Assembly: GCA_005878385.1 (NCBI GenBank)
Contig: VBMN01000073.1
Location: 1-51,074, forward strand
Direction: 5' to 3'
Length of the DNA stretch: 51,074 nt
DNA from: Methanobacteriota archaeon
GTDB lineage: Archaea > Thermoplasmatota > Thermoplasmata > RBG-16-68-12
Under the pieces are notes generated by a model. That model did no database searches and was not told the origin of the DNA. It was given only the letters and a program-made list of their open reading frames with translations. The position numbers and the translations under genes were made by a program. This document shows positions 37,068 through 46,264 of this stretch, piece after piece (the first letter of the stretch is position 1; each line of letters begins with the position of its first letter).

Positions 37068-38354
37068 GTGAAGGTCTTCGTCGAGGCGCATGGTTGCACG
37101 CAAAATTACGGAGAGGCGCGCCTCATGCAGGAGGCGTTGGTCGGCCAAGGTCACGGCGTCGTCACCTCCGAACACGACGCCGACGCCCATGTCCTGGTCA
37201 CGTGCACCGTCATCGAAACGACGGAGCGGAAGATGATCCGCCGCATGACCGAGTTGGCGGCGTACGGGAAACCCCTCATCGTCGCGGGCTGCATGGCGGC
37301 GGCCCAGCGGCAACGAGTCCTGGAAACAGTCCCGAGGGCCAAGCTCCTTCCCCCGCGGAAATGGCCACAAATCGTGGAGCTCCTCGACGCCGGGACGGTG
37401 TGCGGCGACCGGTCCGCGGACATCGAATCGCAATCGTTCGGGTGGCACGATGCGATCGTACCGATCGAACAGGGATGTGTCGGTCGATGCACGTACTGCA
37501 TCACGCGGGTCGCCCGCGGGCGAGTTTCTTCGTATCCGATCGAGTTGGTTGTCGACCAAGTTCGTCGAAATGTGGGCCATGGAAGAAAGGAAATCAAACT
37601 CACCGGCCAGGACACGGCGGCGTACGGGCTCGACGCGGGGACGAACCTCGCGATTCTGCTACGGGCCGTCGACGCACTTTCCGGAGATTTTCGGGTCCGG
37701 GTGGGCATGGCGGACCCCTTGACCGTTTACCCGATCATGGACGAACTCGTGGAAGCCTACCACTCGGACAAGATCTTCAAATTTCTTCATCTGCCCGTCC
37801 AAAGTGGAGACGATGCCATCCTTGAGGCCATGCGGCGAGAATACAGCGTCGCGCAGTTCGAGGAAATCGTCCACATGTTTCGTCGGGCGTATCCTCGCAT
37901 CACGCTTTCGACCGACGTGATCGTGGGTTTCCCCGGAGAGGATGAGGAGCAGTTTGGAAGAACGATGGATCTCATCGGACGGATTCGCCCCGACATCGTA
38001 AACGTCACCCGTTTCTCGCCGCGCACCGGCACGCCCGCGGCCCGAATGCCGGACCCGATCGTCGGATGGCGCGTGAAGGAACGGTCGCGCCGGCTCACAC
38101 GAATGCGGTTCGAGATCGCGCAGAAGATTCACGAGGCCTTCGTCGGCGAGGAGGTCGAGGTCCTTCTCACGGAACTGGGCAAGGAGACGACGATCTTGGC
38201 CCGTACTCCCGAATACAGGCAGGTCGTCCTCCCGGGACCCCTGCCGCTCGGAGTCTTCGCCCACGTTCGGATCGAGGAGGGCCACGCGACCGACCTCCGT
38301 GGCACCCTCCTGAACATCCCGACCGAGTGTTCCCAGTTGTCGTCGCCTTCGTAA
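37068..38354 (+). CDS. mtaB: tRNA t6A37 methylthiotransferase (archaeal MtaB/CDKAL1-type radical SAM)
   Basis: UPF0004 cysteines (HGCTQN, TCTV, AGCM), CVGRCTYC, HLPVQSG, TDVIVGFPGE, C-terminal TRAM-like region. Confidence 0.88.
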   Translation: MKVFVEAHGCTQNYGEARLMQEALVGQGHGVVTSEHDADAHVLVTCTVIETTERKMIRRMTELAAYGKPLIVAGCMAAAQRQRVLETVPRAKLLPPRKWPQIVELLDAGTVCGDRSADIESQSFGWHDAIVPIEQGCVGRCTYCITRVARGRVSSYPIELVVDQVRRNVGHGRKEIKLTGQDTAAYGLDAGTNLAILLRAVDALSGDFRVRVGMADPLTVYPIMDELVEAYHSDKIFKFLHLPVQSGDDAILEAMRREYSVAQFEEIVHMFRRAYPRITLSTDVIVGFPGEDEEQFGRTMDLIGRIRPDIVNVTRFSPRTGTPAARMPDPIVGWRVKERSRRLTRMRFEIAQKIHEAFVGEEVEVLLTELGKETTILARTPEYRQVVLPGPLPLGVFAHVRIEEGHATDLRGTLLNIPTECSQLSSPS

Positions 38355-38459
38355 AAGCGGAGGCGGACGGCTTCCGCCAACTCGACCCCTTCACCGTTCG
38401 GCAGCACGGATCTCTCCGACACAATGGGCTTTATACATCAGGGGAAATCCGTGCGCCGC

Positions 38460-38532
38460 AGCCCCGTGGTGTAGTGGTCAAGCATTCGGGTCTTTGGAAC
38501 CCGCGACGGCAGTTCGAATCTGCCCGGGGCTA
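38460..38532 (+). tRNA. tRNA-Gln(TTG)
   Basis: Acceptor AGCCCCG/CGGGGCT; anticodon arm CGGGT-CTTTGGA-ACCCG; T arm GGCAG-TTCGAAT-CTGCC; TTTATA at 38430-38435. Confidence 0.96.
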
Positions 38533-38537
38533 TCCTC

Positions 38538-38795
38538 ATGAAGTCCGCGGTGCGCCTCACCCTGGGATTCGACGACATCGAATCAGCCCTCGCAGTCGCC
38601 GCCGCGGTCGCGATTGATGATGACCGGTACATCCGAACGACTCGCCGCGGAAGGAACCTCATCGCTGAGGCGACCGCGGACGGACCGATGAGCCTCCTCC
38701 ATACGCTGGACGACTACCTGGCGTGCATCAGTGTGGCAGAGCGGACGGCAAAGGAGGCACGCCCTCGCGAACGTGCGCGGCGACGCCGCGCTTGA
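38538..38795 (+). CDS. pcc1: KEOPS complex subunit Pcc1
   Basis: 85 aa; A..PMSLLHTLDDYLACISVAE C-terminal helix pattern; t6A-related neighbour. Confidence 0.8.
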   Translation: MKSAVRLTLGFDDIESALAVAAAVAIDDDRYIRTTRRGRNLIAEATADGPMSLLHTLDDYLACISVAERTAKEARPRERARRRRA

Positions 38796-40683
38796 ACGCG
38801 AGCATCTCCCGCCGATTCATCGACGATTGGGCGACCGCGCACAGTTCGTCGTCGGGCGAGACCACGAGTGACTCGTCCCCGGGTCGGAGTTCCGGATCCG
38901 CCTCCCGAACGAACTTCGCGAAGACGTTCTTTCCTTCCCGAACGAAGGGGACCGCGTCCGATTCGATGACGACGCGAAGACGGGGCGCTTGGAACGCTCC
39001 ATGCAGGCGTTGAGCCCCCGCTGCTTTCAGGGTGAACAGCCCATCCTCGGCCCGCAGGGAGAGGACGTGGTCTCCATCCACCACGACGTTACGGACTTTT
39101 CCTGTGTTCTTCGATATTACATAGGAGATAGTTCCGCGAAGCAGCGCCTCGGCCGCGCCTCGACCGAACTGATAGTCCGCGGTCGCTCGGACCCGCGAAG
39201 CGTTCCAGTCGACCGTCCGGTTCCCGGGGGCCCGGGCGCGAAGTTCCTCGAGGCTGGAATCGCCCTCCCACAAGAGTCCGAACGGATAGCCGGCGCCCGC
39301 GGCCCATTCACGGAAGAAGACGTCGGCGGCCTCAAGAGACTCGAGTTCCAGCGAATCGGGCACCACCGATTGCGCCATGGGCCAAACTTGATCGAGCTCG
39401 ACCGGAACGGGACCCCAGATGGACTTGACGACGGCGTGGACGTCCGCGCTTGCCATGACGCGGGCAAGCACTGGGGCATACCCCTCCATGAACGGTCGGC
39501 GATGCTCTGGGAGCACGAGCAGTCCCTTTGCTGGCGGCGACTGATATCGCTCCAAGAGCCTGTGCCGGAACCGGTGCAAGATCGGGCGATGTGCGGTCTC
39601 CGGGCCCACGTAGTACAGAGCACCACGCCGGTCGACCGGTTCGAACTCCTCGAGGAATTCGTTGTGAAGCCGAAGTTCTCGCAGAGAGACCAGAAGGGCC
39701 GGATGGGCCCGGGCGCGACGTTCGACCAGCTCCCACAAATCCCCGTGCGCGATCGCGCGACGCACCTCGCGGATTGCGGCGAAGCAGACGTGGAGGTTGT
39801 GCTCCGCGAGGAGGGTTTCGTTCTGGGAAATGTCTTTCATCGGATGGTCGCTGCATACCGGACACGGGCAACCGCTCTCCCGGAGCTCCGCCGCGTGTCG
39901 AGTGCCATCGGAGAACAGCATCCGGCCGTCCCGTGCGTACTTCGCATACGACGCGGAATCGAACAGATCGCATCCGAGGAGGGCGGCGAGTGGGAACACG
40001 AGCGGGTGGCCCGCCCCGAAGAGATGGACGGGCTTCGACGGATCCAAGCCTTTCTTCGACGCGATGATGACACGAACGAGGTCTTGGAAGCGATAGGACT
40101 CAAGCAAGGGAACGACGCCGCCGATGGCGCAGACGGAGACCCCGAGTGTGGAGACCTCCTGCGCGCATCGTTCGCGGAGGTCGGTGTGAAGTCCTCCCTG
40201 GACCGCTCCGACGAGCGCCATATCCTCGCGGAGGGAGTCCGCCTCTCGCGCGCGACGAATCGTTTCGTCGACGTCCTTTGTAGCTCGAGCGCGGTCGTGT
40301 GATGGCTCGGAAAACACATCGAGCATCGTGCCGAGGTCTGCGCCGATCCGCTTCTGGAAGTCGATCACCTCGGCGTTCGTCACATTCACGTCCCCGTACA
40401 CATGGGATTGGAACGCGCCTGAATCCGTCATGACCGCACCCGAGAATCCAAGGAACTCGTGGACGCCCTGTCGAAGGACGGAGTCCCGGTGTGGCCCTCT
40501 CCCCAAGATGTACGCGTTCGTGATCAGGATCTCCGCATGGAATCGGTTCGCAAGGTCTGTCGGAGGGATGATGGGTCGGTTCGGGTTCACGACCGGCAGC
40601 AGGGCGGGCGTCGTAACTCTCCCGTGACGCGTCTCCATCGTACCGATGCGAGCAAGCCCGTCGCGCTCCCGGAACTCGAACAC
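38728..40683 (-). CDS. tgtA: Archaeosine tRNA-guanine(15) transglycosylase with C-terminal PUA domain
   Basis: TPALLPV, TDSGAFQ, HLFGAGHP, GCDLFDSA, CPCPVC Zn site, GKNVFAKFV PUA domain. Confidence 0.95.
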   Translation of the reverse strand: MFEFRERDGLARIGTMETRHGRVTTPALLPVVNPNRPIIPPTDLANRFHAEILITNAYILGRGPHRDSVLRQGVHEFLGFSGAVMTDSGAFQSHVYGDVNVTNAEVIDFQKRIGADLGTMLDVFSEPSHDRARATKDVDETIRRAREADSLREDMALVGAVQGGLHTDLRERCAQEVSTLGVSVCAIGGVVPLLESYRFQDLVRVIIASKKGLDPSKPVHLFGAGHPLVFPLAALLGCDLFDSASYAKYARDGRMLFSDGTRHAAELRESGCPCPVCSDHPMKDISQNETLLAEHNLHVCFAAIREVRRAIAHGDLWELVERRARAHPALLVSLRELRLHNEFLEEFEPVDRRGALYYVGPETAHRPILHRFRHRLLERYQSPPAKGLLVLPEHRRPFMEGYAPVLARVMASADVHAVVKSIWGPVPVELDQVWPMAQSVVPDSLELESLEAADVFFREWAAGAGYPFGLLWEGDSSLEELRARAPGNRTVDWNASRVRATADYQFGRGAAEALLRGTISYVISKNTGKVRNVVVDGDHVLSLRAEDGLFTLKAAGAQRLHGAFQAPRLRVVIESDAVPFVREGKNVFAKFVREADPELRPGDESLVVSPDDELCAVAQSSMNRREMLAFKRGVAAHVREGVPPLPSALPH

Positions 40684-40781
40684 CCGCGGCCCATCGGACC
40701 ATTCCGGTTAAGGTTTCCCGCGGCTTCGCCCACCTCTTCCTGGAACGGATATGCCCCAGAGACCGTGTCCGCAGCTCTCCC

Positions 40782-41573
40782 ATGATCCGCGAGACGTTCG
40801 TCCATGTCGTGGGCGTCGGGTACCGGACCGAGGAACGGATGTGGCGTTCGGGCATCCGCACTTGGGACGATTTCTCCGTGGCACACCGACCGCCGCGAAT
40901 CGGCCTGCTCCTGGCACAGCGAATCAAGGACGAGATCGAACGGTCCGCAGAGGCGCTGCGCACGGCCCGCCATCGATACTTCGCACGGAAGCTGCCCTCG
41001 CGGGACCAATGGCGCGCGTTCGAGGCGTTTCGTCGACAGGTCGTGTACCTCGACATCGAGACGACCGGGTTCTCGATCGGACGACACGCCGTCACCGTCG
41101 TCGGCACCTACGACGGGAGGAGGAAACGCTCGTTCGTCCAGGGCGACAACCTCGAGGACCTCCCCGCTGTCCTCCGCCACGCCAAGCTGCTCGTCACGTT
41201 CAACGGCTCGCGCTTCGATGTCCCTTTCCTTCGGAAGGCGTTCCCGCGGATGGCGCTGGACCAGATCCACATAGACGTGCTCCATCCTCTTCGCCGCCTC
41301 GGTTTCGTGGGAGGCCTGAAGGCCATCGAGGCGGAGATGGGCATCTCTCGCAGCGATGAGACGTCCGGCCTCCGGGGCTTCGATGCGATCCGGCTATGGC
41401 ACGCCTATGAAGCGGGCAACGACGAAGCATTAGATCTCCTCCTCGCGTACAACATGGAGGACGCCGTGAACTTGGAGCCGCTGGCGGAGTTTGCCTACGA
41501 AACGCTCCGATCCCTGTGCCTGGAGCGCGGTTTCGTCACGGCGGACCGATACAGGCCGGATCGCCATTCATAG
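40782..41573 (+). CDS. RNase H-like (YprB/DnaQ-like) exonuclease
   Basis: YLDIETTG, VTFNGSRFDVPFL, GGLKAIE, YNMEDA. Confidence 0.88.
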   Translation: MIRETFVHVVGVGYRTEERMWRSGIRTWDDFSVAHRPPRIGLLLAQRIKDEIERSAEALRTARHRYFARKLPSRDQWRAFEAFRRQVVYLDIETTGFSIGRHAVTVVGTYDGRRKRSFVQGDNLEDLPAVLRHAKLLVTFNGSRFDVPFLRKAFPRMALDQIHIDVLHPLRRLGFVGGLKAIEAEMGISRSDETSGLRGFDAIRLWHAYEAGNDEALDLLLAYNMEDAVNLEPLAEFAYETLRSLCLERGFVTADRYRPDRHS

Positions 41574-41677
41574 TCGGTTCGACATGTGTCGCTCGATCCT
41601 GCGCGAAACGAGTTCCGTCTCCTTTCTGTCACGGCCCAAGGAACGCGGCGGGTCTCCTTGACCGTCTTCCAGATGGC

Positions 41678-42022
41678 TCAACGCGCCCGGCCCCGATATC
41701 GGTCGGGCGGATACTTCGCCTCGTCCTTCTTCAGCTTCGCGAGCATCGCCTCGGAGAGATCCACCTTCAGCACGTTGGCCAGGCTGAATCCGTAAATAAG
41801 GACATCCGCCAGTTCCTCCTCGACGGCCAATCGATCCTCGGACGAAAGGTCTGCCAGCGTCGCGGATTCTCGCCATAGGAACACCTCCAACAGTTCGGAT
41901 GCCTCGATTGAAATCGCCATAGCGAGGTCTTTCGGCGAATGAAACCGCTCCCAATCCCTCGCGTGAACGAACTGACGCACGTGCTCCCGGAGCTCACCGA
42001 CGGACGTCGTCGCGTCAACCAT
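41678..42022 (-). CDS. MazG-like nucleotide pyrophosphohydrolase (dCTPase-like)
   Basis: RDWERFHSPKDL, EASELLE, EELADV, KYP. Confidence 0.92.
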   Translation of the reverse strand: MVDATTSVGELREHVRQFVHARDWERFHSPKDLAMAISIEASELLEVFLWRESATLADLSSEDRLAVEEELADVLIYGFSLANVLKVDLSEAMLAKLKKDEAKYPPDRYRGRAR

Positions 42023-42146
42023 GAACGCGGATAATCCCGAATCGGCGGCTCAGTTCCAGCGCGGACACGGACTGTTCGAAGGTCCCCATCAAGATCCGGG
42101 CGGAATACTCGTCCATCACGGTCTGGCTCAGTTGCAACGGCAACAT
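42015..42146 (-). pseudogene. Probably truncated archaeal wHTH regulator (43 aa, not in the ORF track)
   Basis: MLPLQLSQTVMDEYSARILMGTFEQSVSALELSRRFGI then an early stop; resembles helices 1-2 of ArsR/HTH_20-like proteins but ends before a recognition helix; starts 5 nt after the REC gene stop. Confidence 0.55.
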
Positions 42147-42151
42147 GGTGT

Positions 42152-42556
42152 TCAGTCCCCCCGCAGTGCGAGGATGCGCGAAACGAGACTTGTGATCTCG
42201 TCCGCCTCGAATGGCTTGTTCACGTACCCGATCGCGCCGCGGCGTACGCTCTCGATCTCCGTGAAGCTGTCACCGAACGCGGTCATCAGGATCGCCCGCA
42301 GGTGGGGTTTCATGCGGCGAGCGGATTCGATCAACTCGACTCCGTTGGGTCCCGGCATGCGGTAGTCCGTGAGCAGCAGATCCACGTCGCCCTGGGCGAG
42401 TTTCTCGATGGCCTCCGGGGCACTCGCCGCCGTCACGACGGAGTAACCGACCACCTCGAACAGCTCAGCGAGGTTTTCGCGCACACCGTCGTCGTCATCG
42501 ACGATCAGGATGCACCCGCCTTCGATTGTCGTCTTTTCCGGCGCCAGGATCATCAT
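42152..42556 (-). CDS. Stand-alone response regulator receiver (CheY-like)
   Basis: LIVDDD, LLTDYRMPG, MTAF, KPF; TATA tract at 42591-42598. Confidence 0.93.
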   Translation of the reverse strand: MMILAPEKTTIEGGCILIVDDDDGVRENLAELFEVVGYSVVTAASAPEAIEKLAQGDVDLLLTDYRMPGPNGVELIESARRMKPHLRAILMTAFGDSFTEIESVRRGAIGYVNKPFEADEITSLVSRILALRGD

Positions 42557-42655
42557 CGTCCTTCCTGAGACGACGGATGGAGGCGCGGCGATATATATCG
42601 CCCAGTTGAGCCCGGTTGACAAGCGCCGCGCGGGCGCGCGAAGCCTGTCAGTCCT

Positions 42656-43720
42656 TCATGATTTTGATATCAGCAATGAGGGAGACTTGTGCTCGGAGAG
42701 CACGCGTACGACGTGCCATGCTCGTTGCCCCGCGTCGGTAACGGAGTACCGTCCCGCGTCGACCTTGGTCAGCAGTCCGTCCGATTGGAGCTTCTGCAGA
42801 TGGAACGAAAGCTTCGACGACGAGTCCACGAAGCTCTTCTTCAGGATCGCGGAATACGCGACGGGTCCGGAGGCGAAGACAAAGCCAACGACGGCTCGGC
42901 GTATCGGGTTCGCGAGCGATTCGAGCATCCCCTGACGGACGTCAGGAGAAGCGCCCGCACCCGAGTCACCACCGACCTCGGAGGCGACCTCGGCGTCCAG
43001 CGACCGAAGGACCAAGGTGCCCCCCTTCGCGGCGCACTTCCCGCTCATGTGGCGGATCCAGGCTCGGAGGTCTTCCCGACCGTGAACGGCCTCGATCATG
43101 GACAGATCGTCCGCATAGACGACGGGGCGCTCGTTCGCGCTCAAATGCGTTTCGATCGCGCTGTTCAACTGGTACAGTTGCGCCGGCGCGAACACGTTCG
43201 GCGACGCGCCTTTCGCCGCGATCCGAAGGACCCGCGAAGCGCCAGGCGGAGGTCTTGCACGAGGCCCGAGGATCGCCAGCAGCGCACCACGCTTCGCCGC
43301 CTCCGATACGATTCCGGAAATGTCCGATTCGGTTCGCGTCGCGCCGAGCAGTGCTCGGGCGGTCCGCTCCTCCTCGACCATCCGCAAAGTCCGCCGGAGG
43401 ACCTCGAGGTCGTACGGCTTTTCGACGAAGTCGACCGCGCCGCCCTTCATCGCTTCGACCGCGGCGTCGATCGTGCCCTCGCCGGTGATCATCACCACGG
43501 CAGTCTCCGGCCTCACGACCCGGAGACGATGGAGGACATCGAGGCCGGTGGCTTTCGGCATCCGGAGGTCCAGGAGGGCCACATCGAACGACTCGCGCTC
43601 GACCGTGCGGAGCGCCTCGCCTCCGTCCGCGACGGTGACGATGGCGTGCCCGTCCTCCCGGAGCAGGCCGGCAAGCTCTTCCCGAAGGGTCGTGTCGTCA
43701 TCCGCGACGAGGATCTTCAT
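42656..43720 (-). CDS. Response regulator: REC + DUF835-like domain + C-terminal wHTH
   Basis: LVADDD, LLDLRMP, ITG, KPY; middle PAQLYQL..AI..HL....PVVYADDL; C-terminal LANPIRRAVV...SSKLSFHLQKL..DGLL....GRY. Confidence 0.85.
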   Translation of the reverse strand: MKILVADDDTTLREELAGLLREDGHAIVTVADGGEALRTVERESFDVALLDLRMPKATGLDVLHRLRVVRPETAVVMITGEGTIDAAVEAMKGGAVDFVEKPYDLEVLRRTLRMVEEERTARALLGATRTESDISGIVSEAAKRGALLAILGPRARPPPGASRVLRIAAKGASPNVFAPAQLYQLNSAIETHLSANERPVVYADDLSMIEAVHGREDLRAWIRHMSGKCAAKGGTLVLRSLDAEVASEVGGDSGAGASPDVRQGMLESLANPIRRAVVGFVFASGPVAYSAILKKSFVDSSSKLSFHLQKLQSDGLLTKVDAGRYSVTDAGQRAWHVVRVLSEHKSPSLLISKS

Positions 43721-46113
43721 GCCGTCTCCGCGCGAGGAAGGAGGACCGTGACCGTAAACCCGCGCCCCGCCTCGGAGGTGACCTCGAGGGTGCCCCCATG
43801 CTCGGTCACGATATGCTTCGCGAGGAGAAGACCCAAACCGATTCGCTCCCCGTGCGCCTTCGTGGTCGAGAAAGGATCGAAGAGGTGAGCCAGGACCTCG
43901 GGGCTCACCCCGCTCCCCGTGTCCGAGACAACAATCGCGTACGCGCGGGGACGATCCTCGATGCGAACGCGGACGAATCCCTTCGTGGTCGAGTCAATCG
44001 CATTGTCAAGGAGGGTGACGATCACTTGCTGGATCTGGAGGGGGTCGACCTTCGTCAGCGCGGCGATTTCTCCCAGCTCGACCTCGAGGGTCACGCCTTT
44101 CTTCGGCTTCCTCCGAAGTTGTTCGACCGCGGATTCGGCGACGGATCGCAGGTCGGTCTCGATGGCATTGACCTGGCGACTCTTCGAAAGGCTCAGCAAC
44201 TCGCGGATGATCTCTGCCGCGCGACGTCGCTCCGTGTCGATCTTGTTGAGCTTGTCGAGTACGACCGGATCTTTCGCTCGTTTGCTTGCGGCGGACGTCA
44301 AGAGGGAAATGCTCGTGAGGGGTGTATTCAACTCGTGGGCAATGAAACCCGCCAAGTGGCCCATCGTGGCGAGCCGCTCCGCGTCCAAGAGGCGTTCTTG
44401 GCCACGCTTCCGGTCCATCGCCATCGCGACCTGCTCCGCCACGAAGTTCAAAACGCCCTTGTCCTCCTCGCCGAAGCGCACCCCCTCCGCATAGCTCTGG
44501 ACCACGATCACGCCAATCGTCTTCCCTTGGCTCACGAGCGGAGCGCCGACCCAGTCGACGGATGGGGGTCCGACGGAAACGACCTCTCCGTCCCGCACGA
44601 GGCCCTCGAAGACTTCCGGAGAGGCCAGGAGCGGGCGTCCCGTCCGAAGCACGTATTCGGTCAGGCCGCGCCCCAGCTCTTGCCGGGAAGGGGCGCTTTC
44701 CTCTTCGTCCACGAAGTACGGAAAATCCAACGCCTCTGCCGGTTCGTCGTACAAAGCGATGTAAAAGTTCGTGGCGGGCATGAGACCGCCGACGACTTGG
44801 TGAATCTGACTGTACAACTCGGGAAGGTCCTTCGCCGAATTCGCGGCTTCCGAGATCCGATAGACGGCGGACTGGATTGCCTCGGTCTTGCGTCGTTGGG
44901 AGACGTCCATCGCGGAACCGATCACCCTCACCGGGTGTCCGGTCGCATCGTGGAGGACGTAGCCTCGGTCCACGAGGGTCGCATACGTCCCGTCGCGCCG
45001 CCGAAACCGGTACTCCGCGTTCCACACGAAACCGCCGCTGCGGACCAGCTGGTCGATGCTCGTGACGACGCGCTCCTGGTCCTCCGGGTGCAGGTGTTCC
45101 GTCCACCAGGCTCCCGTCGGTTCAATTTCCTCCGGAGGATAGCCGAACACCTTCGAGACATTCTCGTTCACCCACAGGCCGTCCGTCTGGAGGTCCCAGT
45201 CCCATACCACGTCGTTCGTCGCACGGCCAAGGAGCCGGAACCGTTCCTCGCTCCGTCGGAGGGTCTCCTCGGTGCGCATCCGCTCGGACACGTCGAAGGC
45301 GACGCCGATCGTCCCGAGGATCGCGCCCTCCGAGGAACGGAGGGGTTCGAGGTGCACATCATACGTGCGGCCTTGCCAATCGATCTGCGTCGCGACGCCT
45401 TCGCCTGCCAAGGCCCGCCGGTGCGACGCGATCGGCTCCAGGTCGTCGTCGGGGATGTTGAAGTATTCGAAGAGGGTGAGGCCCCGCTCCCGGCTCCGAG
45501 ACGTGTCCAGGGTCCGGAATCCGCCGCCCATCGCGGACGTGACTCGAAGGTCCCGATCCGTGCTCCACAGGAGGACCGGCGCCTGCTGAAGGATCATCCG
45601 GAGGCGCGTCTCGCTCTGAGAGAGGCGCTCCTCGGCCGTCTTCCGTTCCGTGAGGGCTTGCGCCTGGGTCTGTTCGGTCTCGGCGAGGCGACGTCGGTTC
45701 GCCGCCTCCACGATGTGTTCCTGGACGATCGCGGGCAGGAGCTCCGTGTACCGCGGCGTCTTCACGATGTACGAGGTCGCGCCGTACCGGATGGCCTGCA
45801 GGGCGGCTTCCTCCCCGTCCGGCGGAACGACGAAGATCTTCGGGATCTCGGGGAACCGCTCGGCGAGGAGGTGGAGGACCTCGATCCCCGTCGCGTCGCG
45901 GAGCTTGCTGCCAATCACGAGCGCGTCGAAGCGCTGCGTCATCGCCAGATGCAGCGCCTGTTTCCCCGACGCGGCGGTCCGGACCAAACAGCCCTGCCGG
46001 GTCAGGGCAGCCACGCTGAGAATCTGGTGCTCTTCGTTTCCGTCGGCCACGAGGACGGCGAACGGCGTTTCGCCTTTCGTCCCCGCGACCTCGGAGGGAG
46101 TGGTCTGGGCCAT
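43717..46113 (-). CDS. Cytoplasmic sensor histidine kinase: pseudo-REC-PAS-PAS-GAF-HisKA-HATPase
   Basis: WDWD/HPED/EYRF PAS-PAC; GAF (GLTEYVLRTGRP); H box AHELNTPL; LDNAID, DTGSG, FDPF.TTK, GLGL; no obvious TM segment. Confidence 0.93.
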   Translation of the reverse strand: MAQTTPSEVAGTKGETPFAVLVADGNEEHQILSVAALTRQGCLVRTAASGKQALHLAMTQRFDALVIGSKLRDATGIEVLHLLAERFPEIPKIFVVPPDGEEAALQAIRYGATSYIVKTPRYTELLPAIVQEHIVEAANRRRLAETEQTQAQALTERKTAEERLSQSETRLRMILQQAPVLLWSTDRDLRVTSAMGGGFRTLDTSRSRERGLTLFEYFNIPDDDLEPIASHRRALAGEGVATQIDWQGRTYDVHLEPLRSSEGAILGTIGVAFDVSERMRTEETLRRSEERFRLLGRATNDVVWDWDLQTDGLWVNENVSKVFGYPPEEIEPTGAWWTEHLHPEDQERVVTSIDQLVRSGGFVWNAEYRFRRRDGTYATLVDRGYVLHDATGHPVRVIGSAMDVSQRRKTEAIQSAVYRISEAANSAKDLPELYSQIHQVVGGLMPATNFYIALYDEPAEALDFPYFVDEEESAPSRQELGRGLTEYVLRTGRPLLASPEVFEGLVRDGEVVSVGPPSVDWVGAPLVSQGKTIGVIVVQSYAEGVRFGEEDKGVLNFVAEQVAMAMDRKRGQERLLDAERLATMGHLAGFIAHELNTPLTSISLLTSAASKRAKDPVVLDKLNKIDTERRRAAEIIRELLSLSKSRQVNAIETDLRSVAESAVEQLRRKPKKGVTLEVELGEIAALTKVDPLQIQQVIVTLLDNAIDSTTKGFVRVRIEDRPRAYAIVVSDTGSGVSPEVLAHLFDPFSTTKAHGERIGLGLLLAKHIVTEHGGTLEVTSEAGRGFTVTVLLPRAETA

Positions 46114-46264
46114 GGGTGATCGGTGGGCGGGTGAACCGTCGCGACGAGGGCGCCGCGCGGACCGGATGCCATCCCACCGGCCCGTATAAAGGCCTACCGG
46201 GGACATTCGCGGTTTCGACACTATAGGGCGGGAGGACGGGAGCCGCGATCGGATTCGAACCTCA

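Noticed and set aside
4161..38532. tRNA-anchored integrated element
   Set aside because: No integrase, transposase or duplicated tRNA 3' end was seen, and the flanking genes are housekeeping.
43798..46119. 773-aa plus-strand ORF (likewise 10538..11806, 28130..29281, 38989..40302)
   Set aside because: Antisense shadows of well-supported minus-strand genes.
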